Shown here: positions 27,501 through 45,964 of the stretch, in pieces | Layout of the letters: each line of letters starts with the position of its first letter | Numbering within the stretch: position 1 is the stretch's first letter | NCBI GenBank assembly: GCA_964035545.1 | Contig: OZ037768.1 | Span: 248,001 to 312,000 of the forward strand | DNA length: 64,000 bases | Origin: Bugula neritina | Taxonomy: Eukaryota; Animalia; Bryozoa | Direction of reading: 5' to 3' | Translations under genes and position numbers: made by a program | Notes under the pieces: model-generated | What the model was told of the DNA's origin: nothing | Seen by the model: only the letters and a program-made list of their open reading frames with translations | Database searches by the model: none

Positions 27501-29685
27501 TTTTACTATGAGTCAGTTTACTATACGTCTGATAGTCTTAGGACCTACGAATGTATCACCCTTTCTAACATTACAGGCTACAGACTCTATGTATTCCCTA
27601 GCCGATAATCTGACCGATGAGTGGGCGGGAAGTGAGTCTAGTCACAGTCATAGCTCTAGTATAGACAACACAGCTCAGTACGTAGAGGTGAGTCACACAT
27701 GAGTCATACTCCATGTCACTCTGTCTTGACACTTTGCCCTTGTTGTCTACCACCTGTTTGTTACTGTCACTTGTCCATTGTTATAGAGCGACTCTGTGTG
27801 AGGTAACTATTCGTTGCTTTGTTGTGCTTAGGCTGACCTAGATTTACTTTATTATGTAGGTCATGGGTAACTGTCACAATCCATCCACATTGAGATGCTT
27901 CTGTGAAAAACGCAGTCATTTTTAGCCAACCCACTTTATCACATGGGTGACGTGCTAAACTTATTCAGTTTGCAATTTAAACAAATATTTTTCAAAAAGT
28001 TAAAGATTTTACGAATAATAACGCAAGCATGCACGTTCTGTTAAAAGACATAATTTAGCAACTGCCACACAAAATGTATTTTAATTCATTTTGAATGTGC
28101 AAACTTTCCAGTCATCTCAGTGTGTGCTCCATTGTGTGATGAGTTGTTTCATTGACTAAGTTGTTCACAGAGATGTCTCAATATGGATTGACCTTTAGAC
28201 AGTATAAATTATTGTGTATTATTGTTTCCCGTCCCTTGCTTTCCCTTTCTCAGTGTAGTATACTACTATAACTGTGTTTGCAGCATCAAGAACCTGCTCT
28301 TTGTTGTCTGTGTGTTTCTCTATTACTGCAGTGTGACATGTCATGATTAGCACTTGCTCCTTGCTGTCACTCCACACTTTATGACTCATCCACATTAACT
28401 GTCTGTGTTGCTACAGGGCAGACTACCAACTCCTCATCTAAATAGACGCACGCACCTCCCTCTTCCAACCCCTCGTCAGAGTCCTTTTCACTCAGCAGAA
28501 ACTTTCACCACTTCGCAGCAGGGTATGGCTGCTGGTGCTCCCGGTGCTCCCGGTGCTCATGGCTCTCCCGGTACCCCGGGTGGTTACACTGATTCCACCT
28601 CAACATTGACCGACACTCAAGAAGAGGAAGAAATTTTCGACCATCAGATGTTTAAGACTCCCCTCTACTCTTCCGACACCAGACTGCTAGAGTTTGCGGA
28701 CTCTACTAGCACTGTGAACACAGTCGGGGTGGAAGGTCACCCGCCCTTAACTAAAAACTCTCTCTATCAGTCAGATACGAGGCTACTGAATCCTTCAGAG
28801 ATAGAGGTGAAGAGTACTAACTACTTCACTAGAGCTCCTCTGTCTGTCAGCTCCCTAGGTGAGTCTGACTACGGGGACTACCTGAACCTCCCCTTCTCTG
28901 ATAGCTCCCACCTCCACAGCTCTCAGTCTACAGTAACCAGTAGCAGACGTCCATACAGCCGACACGCTCACAGTCGAATACATGACCATGTCCAATCTCC
29001 TGACGGCAGCTACTTCTCTATAGACAGCGACGAAGGCAGCGACTTCAATCTGTATGAGAATATCGCAGATCTCAAACTGACGTCAGAGTTCTATGATTCG
29101 ACACCAACGAACTCTGCTGGTGATTTAACCTATCAGATGACACAAGACAAGCACTCTTATGGTAACTCAACCAATCAAATATCTTCTAACAAACAATCCG
29201 ATGGCGGTTTATTCAGTCCACCACCTTCGAGCAAACATTCCTATAACGAACCAACCAATCATACGCCTCAAAACAAACACATTCTAACCAATCAGACGGC
29301 TTGTAATAAAGTACAACTAAATACGGTTAATTTGTTCTACCAAGGCCCTTCAGATCAACCCACGCTTTCTGCTCAGTCTTCTGATAGGTCAATTCATTCT
29401 AGTCGAGCCAATCAGAGGCCAGATATCTCCGTGGTGTCTGCTCAGCCGAATGTAGCTAAAACTATTGAGAGATTTGAACTCAATAGCTCCGCCTCTAGTA
29501 GAGTCCCTCAGCCAATCAAAGTCCGCCATCATGATGTAACCAGATTTGAACCAGCATCAAAAAGAATCTCTAAATCCATCTCAACCCCAGCCAATAACGT
29601 GCATCACTTCAGTAACGGCAGCAGTGCATACGGCAGCGGCTCATTGGCAGTTAGCCAAGACTCTGATATTGACATCTACTTATGA
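12535..29685 (+). CDS. PHLPP: PH domain leucine-rich repeat protein phosphatase (RA-PH-LRR-PP2C-like, long Ser-rich tail)
   Basis: Phase-consistent exons: 12535-12703, 14134-14291, 14694-14857, 15282-15388, 16600-16782, 17520-17654, 17754-17938, 18628-18803, 19036-19182, 19310-19544, 21240-21459, 21689-21749, 22242-22337, 22549-22707, 23082-23279, 23435-23597, 24989-25119, 25350-25499, 25932-26126, 26281-26509, 26628-26776, 27001-27216, 27417-27489, 27577-27687, 28417-29685. Motifs: RA (RRLDPYEHPLVLQNEYL...GYLIRFFSG), PH (LSFETFTDYSKWL), many LxxLxLxxNxL repeats, PP2C-like (GFAETSGTRNKLCV, FAMFDGG, IANCGD, TRALG, AAKRLQDLAQGYGC). Confidence 0.92.
12700..13387 (+). repeat. 63-bp x11 repeat containing the 5' splice site GAAG|GTAT
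   Basis: First unit begins in the last 4 exonic bases; copies every 63 bp. Confidence 0.95.
13948..14157 (+). repeat. 73-bp x3 repeat spanning a 3' splice site and exon start
   Basis: ttacag|gtgggggtagtcac with AG ending at 13987, 14060 and 14133. Confidence 0.9.
14555..14697 (+). repeat. ~47-bp x3 repeat ending at the 3' splice site actcag|ggg
   Basis: gtaacatttgacagtggtgtagcaaggtttatgttgtgtactcagggg. Confidence 0.9.
14875..15655. repeat. Intronic arrays flanking PHLPP exon 4: (atagt/atcgt)n 14875-15100 and 26-bp ~x10 15402-15655
   Basis: Periodicity read directly; atattactagtatatgtatagttaat unit starts ~13 nt after the donor. Confidence 0.85.
17955..18362. repeat. 25-bp ~x16 intronic minisatellite
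   Basis: agttatcagttcagttctactcatt, starting just after the donor at 17939. Confidence 0.95.
19596..20168. repeat. 8-bp degenerate repeat (ctctgtca/ctctatca/ctctgtta)
   Basis: Read directly; resumes after the MITE at 20920. Confidence 0.9.
20169..20919. mobile_element. Non-autonomous DNA transposon (MITE), 751 bp
   Basis: 28-bp imperfect TIRs (cacgggctttccatgtaccgatctgaga vs reverse complement caccggctttccatggtccgatctcaga); TAT duplicated on both sides; repeated subterminal AGATCGATCT and TTTCCATG motifs; no transposase ORF. Confidence 0.85.
21743..22180 (+). repeat. 14-bp ~x30 repeat of the 5' splice site TATCATA|GTAAGTA
   Basis: First unit straddles exon end 21749. Confidence 0.95.
22333..22524 (+). 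repeat. 18-bp ~x10 repeat of the 5' splice site TACAG|GTGAGT
   Basis: First unit straddles exon end 22337. Confidence 0.95.
22726..22950 (+). repeat. 13-18-bp GTAAGT-containing intronic repeat
   Basis: gtaagtatatagtatagt copies downstream of the donor at 22708. Confidence 0.85.
24563..24999 (+). repeat. 35-bp x13 repeat of the 3' splice site AACTAG|GTACTGGAYGT
   Basis: AGs at 24568+35n up to 24988; the last precedes VLDVACNKL. Confidence 0.95.
25102..25225 (+). repeat. Degenerate x4 duplication of exon end + donor (ggagatagtaaa|gtatgtgtcag)
   Basis: Read directly. Confidence 0.85.
25619..25960 (+). repeat. 43-bp x8 repeat of a 3' splice site plus ~29 nt of exon
   Basis: ttacag|gttatgtgttactgtactacaccaact; AGs at 25630+43n up to 25931. 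Confidence 0.95.
26778..26955. repeat. ~33-bp x5 intronic repeat starting at the donor
   Basis: tcagtctactgtcctaccttcagtctgatgtac. Confidence 0.85.
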
Positions 29686-30764
29686 GTCATTTACTTCCTG
29701 AACAGCAGCATCTTCTGTGATATTCAGTCTTATTTTCTTATCTCTGTATTAGAATTAACAGAATTTATACTTTAGTGAAATTATGTAAATTTAGTTTGTA
29801 CTAAAAAGAAAAACTATAACTTTATGAACTATTTTGTATTATATTTGCACAACTCTATATAATTTTATATAATTATCTGAACACTATAATATATTATTAC
29901 ATGTAATAAATATCATATATTGCTGTATATTAAATTCATAATATTATATTAATTTATCTTAAATACTACATTATGTTATTACATATTAAATAGTGTATTA
30001 TGCACATAAATTTACACTGTATTATGAGTTTATATAATTTTGTATTATGTTTTGCATTCCTTATATAACATTCCTTATAAGAATTATTATAATATATTCT
30101 CTGTGTTATTAAATATAATTCATTACTCTAAACCCTACATTGAAATATTTAATAATTCACCAACTTGTGCTGCGCTACAGTGTTGCTGAATAGCATTATG
30201 TTGAAACTACTGATAGCTTTTAAAAAACTAAATTTCTTTGAGATACTATAAGGAAAGAGCAGCCTAGCAATGAGCTAAGTTACTTTTCTAGAAACAAAAA
30301 AGCAAATTGCAGTTTGCACCAGTAAGCTGCTGATTGTGTTCAAGTCCTATCATATGAGTCACTCTCTGTCTACTATAGTGACTCATATAAAGCTGATAGC
30401 TGAAGAAAAGCTTTCCTATTAAACTGCTTTCATAACATAAGCCATCTTCTAAGTTGGGTGGTCATCAAACCAGCAACACGGTTGTAGAGACTAAACCAGC
30501 AACATGGTTGTAAAGATGAATTGGTAAGGAGTTGAATATGTTAAATAATTCATAGTAATAACCCATCAGCAGTAATATTGTTGTGACGTGTTATGTTGTT
30601 GTTATCACATGATATTAGATTTCAAACAACCCGAAGCTTCAATCAATATCAGAATAGCCTTTTTATACCTCAACTCAAAGTGTTGTATTGAAGAGTAGAT
30701 AAAGTTGCATAATAATGTTTAATTAAGTGATTTGTTAGTCTAGCTTCAAAGTGTATAAAATGGA

Positions 30765-32750
30765 ATATATACCTACAGTATATCTAGTATATACCTACAG
30801 TATACCTTGTATATACCTACAGTATACCTAGTATATATATCTACAGTATACCTAGTATATATACCTACAGTATACCTAGTATATATACTTACAGTATACC
30901 TAGTATATACCTACAGTATACCTAGTATATATACCTACAGTATACCTAGTATATATACCTACAGTATACCTAGTATATACCTACAGTATACCTGGTATAT
31001 ATACCTACAGTATATCTGCTATATACCTACAGTATAGCTCCCCTATACAGCACATATATGTGCTGTAAACATCTGTACTAGCCATTCTGTTATTTCTCAC
31101 ACCTTCCAGACTAAGGGCATAATAAATCAGAATATTCTCAATTGAAGTCAAAACACAATGATGTTCACAATGATTTTCAGTGTTGATTGAAAATATAATT
31201 TCCCATCCCATCGTTGATGTGACGCTAAAATGTCTGCATTTAATGAAATCTTCCATCATGAGCTCATATTAAATAATATAGTAATAATAAGAATAATAAT
31301 AATAATATTATACTAATAATATAATATATTTATATTATATATCTTTGTTGAAAAAAATTCTATTTCGGGCTGTTCCACTGTTGAAGTCGCAACTGAAATC
31401 TGTTTTACAAACATGACATAGCTCTATTGTTTACAGTCAGCACCTCCACTACTGCTGACTAGCTGCTGACAGTAAATTGGCAAGTAGCCATGTTTAATAA
31501 ACATCAACTCCAATATAACACTTCACAGAATTAAACAAACATTTTATTAGTTTTTAATGTTTTATGACTTCATAAGCTGCTTAACGAGTTTATCAGAGCT
31601 GATGATGTAAACCCACTTCCTGTTAGATAGTCAATGTCGAACAAATACAAGCTTTAATATAACAAGTAATTATCTGGCAGGTAGCTAAAGGTGAATACGT
31701 CAATACTGCGAGATAAGAAAAGTTCAGCTCTTTGATATGTGAAATCAGACCTAGGCACATGGTATTCTAATTAATTTAAAACTTAAGTACACAACTATTG
31801 CACTTTAGCATTAGATCTAGTACAGGAAATGACATCACGATATATGTGTTTTCCTTCCCTAGTTTGTTCCGTCAGCATAATTATTCTTCATTTGGGCCGT
31901 ACCAAAACAAAGAAAGGTGGTATGCATATGATAAAAGCTGTTCTTGCTATTCTGTGGGTAAAGGACACAGAGCTGTTAGATGCCACCCCTCTAGCAACAA
32001 AAAACACAAAAGTGCTAGATGCTACCCCTACAGTTCATCACAAACCACTTGAATCCAATCAAAATATCACAGTATAATGCAAACAATAAGAATTGATAAT
32101 GTCATTGCTGTGATTGAGCTTCTAATCACCAGTATTTACTATTGCCACTGAGCAGGTGCTTGCAGTTGTTGGCAGGTGCTTGCAGTTGACTGTGTGAAAC
32201 CCCAGAACCATTTTTTTAGTACACAGAAGTTGTATACGTAAGTTATTCATATTCTCAGTGTATCTACGAAATTTACAGTTTATTACAGTATTACGCTGTA
32301 TGGTATTGCATTGCTGTTTGTAATGCATACATGTGCAGTATATTACATTGTATTACACTATTGCATATATATGATGTACAGAGAGTATGATATATACATG
32401 CTGTATGCATATATATGATGTACAGAGAGTATAATATATACATGCTGTATGCCTATATATGATGTACAGAGAGTATAATATATACATGCTGTATGCATAT
32501 ATATGATGTACAGAGAGTATAATATATACATGCTGTATGCATATATATGATGTACAGAGAGTATAATATATACATGCTGTATGCATATATATGATGTACA
32601 GAGAGTATAATATATACATGCTGTATGCATATATATGATGTACAGAGAGTATAATATATACATGCTGTATGCATATATATGATGTACAGAGAGTATGATA
32701 TATACATGCTGTATGCATATATATGATGTACAGAGAGTATGATATTATAC
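30765..32750. repeat. Intergenic minisatellites: ~24-bp array 30765-31035 and 44-bp ~x9 array 32360-32750
   Basis: tatacctacagtatacctagtata; gcatatatatgatgtacagagagtataatatatacatgctgtat. Confidence 0.85.
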
Positions 32751-32820
32751 ACATATATATGTAATAAAAGCAGATGAGCAAATAGTTGGAAGTGAGAAAA
32801 AGTGAGATACGGTGAGAAGC

Positions 32821-35800
32821 ATGAAGACCTCCTATTTGTTTAACGAAGGAGGATTCAGAAGAAGAGTGCAGGGTAATGGAGGACGGAAACTGGCCATTGA
32901 CGTCTTGCCAGAAGATAAAATGGTGAGGATTTTTTACTAGCTGAAAGTGTTAATCTGCTTCCTTTGATCTCTAAGCTTGACTTCCTGCAGTTAATACAAT
33001 TTGTGCCCCAGACTGTCTTAAAGCCAATAAAGTCAGTCTATTTGAACCCCTTCAGACAAATGAATTATGTTTAGCTTGTCATATCTCCCTTCTCTAGTAT
33101 CATAAAACGGCATCAATATTTCTCAGTGAGTGGCAGCTGCCTGGGGGCGGAGCTAGCAAGTGTTAACATCTAACTGTAGACATATATATAAATACAAGTA
33201 CAGATATAAATATACTATACGTAGCCATAAACATACATTCTGTCTTTTCTTCAGGCATTCCGTCTCATGTTGGAAGCGAGTCAAGGACACGGTAAGTTGA
33301 TCTGCTGAATAAATTGGCCAGTGTAAGTATGTATGTCAGTGTAAGTATGTATGTCAGTGTAAGTATGTATGTCAGTGTAAGTATGTATGTCAGTGTAAGT
33401 ATGTATGTCAGTGTAAGTATGTATGTCAGTGTAAGTATGTATGTCAGTGTAAGTATGTATGTCAGTGTAAGTATGTATGTCAGTGTAAGTATGTATGTCA
33501 GTGTAAGTACATCTGTGTAGGTACATATATATCTGTGTAGGTACATATATATCAGTGTAAGTATGTATGTATGTCAGAGTAAGTATAATTAGTCCTATTA
33601 AATATATTGTAAGGGAGCAAATCTTAGTATATATGTATTTGCGTTAGTGTAGACACACTATATGTAGTTTAGTACAAGAAATCCCTTTCTGTACGGTCAG
33701 GTATATAGAATAGCAACCAGAAGGACATGGCTGGTATTTCTGTAGGGATGGCTGGTATTTCTGTAGGGATGGCTAGTATTTCTGTAGGGATGGCTAGTAT
33801 TTCTGTAGGGATGGCTGGTATTTCTGTAGGGATGGCTAGTATTTCTGTAGGGATGGCTGGTATTTTTGTATAGGTATGGCCGGTGTTAAAGAATGGCTAC
33901 AGACAAAGTTCAGTTCCATGGAACTCGTACAAACAGTGAATAAAACTACAGAAAGACGAGGTCTCTGTAAGACCAGCTCCGCGCTAGCAGGAGTCATCAC
34001 CCCTGATACAGTCCCCGACTTCGTTATTCCCTCGGCTAGTTTCAGAGCTGTAAGAAGCAGTAAGAGTTTGGATGTAGTAAACAACAACCATTCCAGGGAC
34101 ACAAAGAGTGTGAGCTACGGGGAGCTGTCCACCATCCCTCAAGGGAGAATCAATGTGAGTATAACTCTCAGTCTATCTATATGCTGAGTAGATTCAGGCT
34201 AATTGACAGTAGTTGGTATCTAATTGGGGTCACAGCAATTACAACATTTCTATATTTAATATTTACTATTTATAGATACTCAGTATGCCATGCAGTTGTG
34301 TTTATTTATATTCAGCTGTTTGCTGCACTGTCAATGAGTCCACTATTACACCCATTACCCCATAACGTAATGCTAGTGTAATTAGAACACTATCGCTACA
34401 TCTTACAGTGTAACTTGATGAATGTTCCTGTCTGAAGGGAGTAGGGAAGGGATGTCACATCTGAAGGGAGTAGGGAAGGGGTGTCACATCTGAAGGAAGT
34501 AGGGAAGGGGTGTCACATCTGAAGGGAGTAGGGAAGGGGTGTCACATCTGAAGGGAGTAGGAAAGGGGTGTCACATCTGAAGGGAGTAGGGAAGGGGTGT
34601 CACATCTGAAGGGAGTAGGAAAGGGGCGTCACATCTGAAGGGAGTAGGGAAGGGGTGTCACATCTGAAAGGGGTAGAGAAGGGGTGTCACATCTGAAGGG
34701 AGTAGGGAAGGGGTGTCACATCTGAAGGGAGTAGGGAAGGGGTGTCACATCTGAAAGGGGTAGGGAAGGGGTGTCACATCTGAAGGGGGTAGCAAGGGGG
34801 CGTCACAGTCAAACCAAGGCCTAAACTTGTAATAAATATAGAAGAACTATGAATATAAATAGCAATATCTAGTTCATTGACATTATCACTGCAAGGGGGG
34901 TAGGAATAACATAAAAATGATATAATGATAATTTAGTGCTTGAGAATAAAGTTTCAAATTGTAAAAGCATACTTTAGGTGTACATATATATGTATTTTTT
35001 AAAATAACTTGTAAAGCTGTTTATGGTTTAATCACTATAAAATATTCTAGTCATGGCAATATTTTCTAGTGAGGGCAGAATATTGACTCATGTTTAAGAT
35101 AAGCTTACGTAGTATAAAGATAAGCAACTGACCGAAAAAGAAGTTGCACAGACACAACAACAACAGTATTTGATGTGGTGAAACTGAGAACAAGTTTGTT
35201 GTTGGAGTGTTTAATAACTGACATTTATATTATAATACTAGTTAGCTTGTCATTGAGCAGCAGGTAAAGTGCAGCAGGTAAAGTGCAGCAGGTAAAGTGC
35301 AGCAGGTAAAGTGCAGCAGGTAAAGTGCAGCAGGTAAAGTGCAGCAGGTAAAATGCAGCAGGTAAAGTGCAGCTACACAAACAGTATATTTACTATAACC
35401 AGCTCTCTCTTATATCTGAAGATATCAATAGGTTTCCCCTGAGATTTCCCTCTACGTCTGCACCATCCATAATGGAAGTAATTGATTAACAGCTTGCACT
35501 TTCACTTCTTTCTGGACTAAAGTTTATATTCTACTACTTCCTGTCTAATATAACATACCTTCAAAGTTGTCTCCCCTCTCGTGGTACTATAATACAGCCT
35601 TCAGCCCACTAACCATCAGCATTATACATAGATACAACTGTATGTTATATAGCTGGTAATATGGTAATATATAGCTAGTAATGTGGTAATATACAGCTAG
35701 TAATATGGTAGGTAATATATTATAGCTGGTAATACATAATATATCACAATGGTCTAGATAGAGAAGTTAAAAACCTATAATTAAATGCACTAAAATTAAT

Positions 35801-38800
35801 ATCCTGAGTTAATTACATAATCACTGAAGAGTTAATCATTTCACACTTTCCTAGCTTTAGTCCTTGTATTCTATTGATTCTATATTAAGATATTAGACCA
35901 GGAGTGTTTATAGATGATTAAAACTTCCTCTTAAACAACCCGAATGAAATGTCCATGTAGGTTTTAACACATCACATACTTACTTAAATAATAAATTCTA
36001 AACACAAGAAAAAGTTAAGGGTGGGAAATATTTCACAAAAAGGGTTTTACTTGATTACAATATAATATGTTCAGCACAATATACGTTTATATAGCAGGTA
36101 ATGTGAAATACTAATGAATATAAAATACCAACTAATATAAAATATCAATAATTTTGTTGAAATGTAAGTTACTATTTATTAACATATATAAGTTACATAA
36201 TTTACGTGATAATGTTGTATTGCTGCAGATTGTACTTGGTACTTTGGGCTATAAACTTTTTATTTAGTTTTATACATTTTGGTTGCGTTAGAAATAGTAT
36301 TTACAAGTTGAACCAAATTTAGTATACAATGTATTATATATTATATGTGAGTTTTATAGGCATGGGTATTATGCATAATGTATGTATATAATGTACATCT
36401 CCTTAGATGATAGATATTGAGTATGTACTAGTATAGATAGACTAGCTCCAACCTTTACAATGTTTATAATATACTTGAATACCTCAAAGGATATATTACG
36501 TTGGTGTTAGAGGGAAGACAACTCACAAGTTGCACTAGAAATTGTAAATGTAGTTATTTGTTATTTCAGAAAGAAAACTCACAAGTCAAAAGAAGTCCTT
36601 TTACTGCTAAGTTTTCAACTCACAACAAATACGGTAAAGTTAAAGAAGTGCTTCCTGCTAAGCCTTCTGGGATATCTAGAAACCAGACAGGTTAGTGTGA
36701 CTCATAGCTTGTAGTTGTCCCCCTTCCACAATGACTCATCGCAATAGACTATAATATTACTCATCGAGCAGACGTTGTTTTAGTAGATGAGAAGACACTA
36801 CTATTCCTCAAAATTATCAAAATCGTATAGCTCACATGATATAGAATAATTAATATCTGACCTTTATTTATTCTCTGCGGTGCTATTCTATATCTAGCTC
36901 AGTGATGTTACAGTTGTGTGACCAACTATCATGTCATTTGGTACAGACAGACTAATAAATGAGTAATTTATGGGCCCTTTCACACAGAGGTGATATGAGG
37001 GTGTAGTTGGTGATAGATAAGGAGTTGTATTTCCATCTTGTAAACATCAATATAAATATTCCTTATCAGGCATACTATACGTATGACTCATTGAGAAAGA
37101 GGCTGAGATACAAATATTATAATTCTACAACCAGAACAAAGCATCTTGAAATCAAGTTTATACCAAATTAATTTAATTACACAAAATTTACTAATAGTTA
37201 CAGATTACTGAAAAACACGAAGATTGTTTTAAGGTTTGCATTTTATGACAGCTGTTTGCAAATGAAGGCTCTCAGTGATGAATAATTACTGATCACATGA
37301 TTGTAATACATGTACTGATCACATGACTGTAATACATGTACTGATCACATGGCTGTAATACATGTACTGATCACATGACTGTAGTACATGTACTGATCAC
37401 ATGACTGTAGTACATGTACTGATCACATGACTGTAGTACATGTACTGATCACATGACTGTAGTACATGTACTGATCACATGACTGTAGTACATGTACTGA
37501 TCACATGACTGTAGTACATGTACTGATCACATGACTGTAGTACATGTACTGATCACATGACTGTAGTACATGTACTGATCACATGACTGTAGTACATGTA
37601 CTGGTCACATGGCTGTAGTACATGTTCAGCAGCAAGTTCCAACTCTGTGTTACCAGGTGCAGATGACATTCTTCAACTGGCAGACGTATCTGTCCCCCAC
37701 CTCAAGACAAACACGCCGTACGGTTTCACCACTCTCCTAGAATCTCCTCACACTCTGAGGAAAGAGTCTCTCCTCCTCGGATCAGCCAGCTTTGATGACG
37801 TGAAGAAGTTTAAGAGCTCTTTTGTCAGTAAGTTCTGAAAATATAAAATATTTCTAATATGAGTGCCGATCCGCATGAGATATTCAATATTATATATATT
37901 TATATAACTTACTGTGTGCATGTAACTAACAGGACTTTTTGTAACAGTGTTACATGCAGAAACTTACCAGTCAAATCAGTTGATAGCAGAAGACAACAGA
38001 TGTGTGAATTCTGTTGCAGGAAGAAATGGATCCCCCTCTGGATCCACTCACCACACACTATCCGTCCCTGTAACCAGAGTTCATTCTCTTAGCAACAGTT
38101 CTACCAGTATTCTCTCAGATCTTAGCGTGTCGCCTTTGCACTCCCCGTTGTTGTCTCGATCCATTTCCTGTACTACACCTAAGAAGAAGTACAACAGAAG
38201 GAGGTCCTCCGCTCAGAGCCAACCAATAGTTCTATCAGTAAGTAAACATGACATAATTGGAGTTACCTAATCATTTGTGTAGTTGTTGATTTCTGAATAG
38301 CTTTTATGTTGGTTTGGAATAAAGTTTCACTCTGAATTATGACGTGTTTAGTAGAATTAATTAAAGTAAGAATTGCAGTAAGGCAGCGTCTATATTCTGT
38401 CACAGGAGAGTGATGGCTCCACATCAGAAGACGTGTTCCAACCAGACAGTTCTCAGCCAACTACAGAGATGTCTAAAGGAGAAGCTCGAGATCTAGCTGT
38501 GCTCGGAGAGATCAAGCTGTCACTGCTGTACAGCAGACAAGACGAGTCACTGCGACTCATCATAATCAAAGCGGAGGATCTCGGTAAACATGTGCCAACG
38601 ACTCCTAACATCAACTCCTTTATCAAAGTGTGCATGTTGCCTCACAAGTCACACAGACATGAGTCTCTGCTTATTCGCAGCACTCGTAATCCTCATTATA
38701 ACCAGGAATTCACCCTCAAAAACATTTCAATCTCCAACCTAAAAGAATACCACCTGAGACTGAGAGTCTGCAATAGGATAGCCAGTAGAAAGTATGAGAC

Positions 38801-40189
38801 GTTAGGGGAGGTGATTCTACCCCTCCAAACTCTTGGATTAGAGCACGAGGAAGAAGTGAGAATGTGGCGTGACCTTGACCCCAAGTCCATATATCAGGTA
38901 AGATACGACCTTGGAACTAGTCGCATGATCTGCGAACCAACCTGGTCATCCAACTCCGTCTGCTTCTGTGTCAAGGCCAACAAAGTGAAGCTTTTGTAAT
39001 GTGAACAGTGACGTATCAGCCTTGGAGTTGTCATGCTCCGTTATCGCTTGCCATTTATTACAGCATTTGAAGAGTTTTATGACAGACATATAAAGTATTT
39101 TGTTAAAACTTGCATTATTTACAATCAACCACAAATTTATTGCAGCTATTTCACTCAGTTTTAGAAGGGAAATTATGGCTGCTAAGTTTTGCCACATAAT
39201 TCTTTCAAATACAACTTTGCGTTTCTTTGAAGGAGCTCGGAGAGCTGAACGTAGCTATCAAGTTTGAGCCACGAGAAGATAGTCTGCAAATCAGAGTCAA
39301 TGAAATCAGCGGACTACCAAAGTACGCCCTTACTGGACTTCCTGGTAAGCCTTCTGCTATATTCTTGATATCCGAGTATACTCAGTAAGTCTGCATTTAG
39401 TAGAGATTAGCTCAGTTGGCTGCCACTTGAAATTTTAAACTGGGGAGATAACTCAAAAATAGGATGCTTTTAGTTGGAAATTGTATGATAATTTTATAGC
39501 TGCATAACCTGTGGTAGAGTGTAACTTACAGTACAATGTAACTTACGGTACAATGTAACTTACAGTACAAGATAACTTACAGTACAACGTAACTTACAGT
39601 ACAATGTAACTTACAGTACAATGTAACTTACAGTACAACATTACTTACAGTACAATGTAACTTACAGTACAACGTAACTTACAGATACGTACGTGAAAGT
39701 CATAGTAAGGCAAGATGGAAAGTCAACAGTTAAAAAGCAAACGAAGCTCAGGAAGAACACCTCCCACCCAGTCTATAATGAAACCTTCGCTTTCTCCATT
39801 TCTCCCAAGATTGATGACTTGAGGTTGGTTTGAGATATTAACAGCTGAATAATCATTCATTTCCAGTCAATTGCTTTAAACCAGCTATTGAATGTAAAGT
39901 TTGAAACCCTGTCAAAGAATATCACAGCATCTTGCACTCACTTTGTCGAGTGTATTTAGTGAAGATGTATTTCACACATGTACCTTGCAGGTACACATCC
40001 ATAGCCTTGGTAGTGTTGAACCACCAGACAATAAGGACGGACACTGTCATAGGCGAGGTATTGCTAGGGTACGGGTCGACTACAGATGATGAGTACATCC
40101 ATTGGTCCAACATTCTCAACAGCACCAACCACTTTGTACAGTACAAACATCAGCTGAAACCCCCCTCAAAGCATAGACTAGTAGCGTGA
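32821..40189 (+). CDS. C2 calcium-dependent domain-containing protein 4C-like, with tandem C2 domains
   Basis: Exons 32821-32922 (uncertain), 33255-33291, 33874-34154, 36570-36690, 37630-37827, 37960-38237, 38406-38897, 39233-39344, 39685-39823, 39991-40189. C2CD4-type motifs [13 protein letters not shown] and [20 protein letters not shown]; two C2 domains ([10 protein letters not shown]...NPHYNQEF; DTYVKV...PVYNETFAF...IGEVLLG). Confidence 0.78.
33318..33510 (+). repeat. 18-bp ~x10 GTAAGT-containing repeat after a donor
   Basis: cagtgtaagtatgtatgt. Confidence 0.9.
33728..33884 (+). repeat. 21-bp x7 repeat resembling the 3' splice site + ATG exon start
   Basis: tttctgtag|ggatggctggt copies vs real ttttgtatag|gtatggccggt. 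Confidence 0.9.
34430..34808. repeat. 29-bp x13 G-rich intronic minisatellite
   Basis: tctgaagggagtagggaaggggtgtcaca. Confidence 0.95.
35257..35372 (+). repeat. 14-bp x8 CAG|GTAAAG repeat in mid-intron
   Basis: gcagcaggtaaagt. Confidence 0.95.
37288..37625. repeat. 26-bp x13 palindrome-rich repeat abutting an acceptor
   Basis: actgatcacatgactgtagtacatgt. Confidence 0.95.
39520..39684 (+). repeat. 17-bp ~x10 repeat of the 3' splice site TAACTTACAG
   Basis: gtaacttacagtacaat; last AG (39684) precedes the DTYVKV exon. Confidence 0.92.
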
Positions 40190-40586
40190 AACTGAGGCTA
40201 GTTCTATTTCTGCTAACTTAGTACATGCTATTTATTATTAAGTTGTCGATCACTCCACACTGTGCATTGGTTATACACTGAGTTATATTTATTCATCAAT
40301 GAAAAGCAATAAATATATAAAGATAAGCAAATGAAACTGCAGGTTCTATTTACATTACTAAATATACACACAAACAGAAAGATCCAGTGAAGTCTGCATT
40401 ACTAATAGCAGACGATGAACTAGCTAATAGATGAGTCATGTTAGGAATGGAGATGGATTGTAGAACATAGAGTTGTCTTCCCGTACAGACTGGTCGCTGA
40501 TTTACAGGTTACTCTGTGCTAGAGCTGCGCTTAGCCTGTGAAGTTAGTTGAAATTAGCATGTCTGCGGGCACAGAACCAGCACCCC

Positions 40587-45964
<5,378 letters not shown>

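Noticed and set aside
30353-30388. Inverted repeat tatgagtcact...agtgactcata
   Set aside because: Short; TGA(C/G)TCA motifs are frequent throughout the window, with no evidence for an RNA gene or element
31829-32077. 82-aa ORF with a hydrophobic segment
   Set aside because: No recognisable homology or splice structure; cannot be supported
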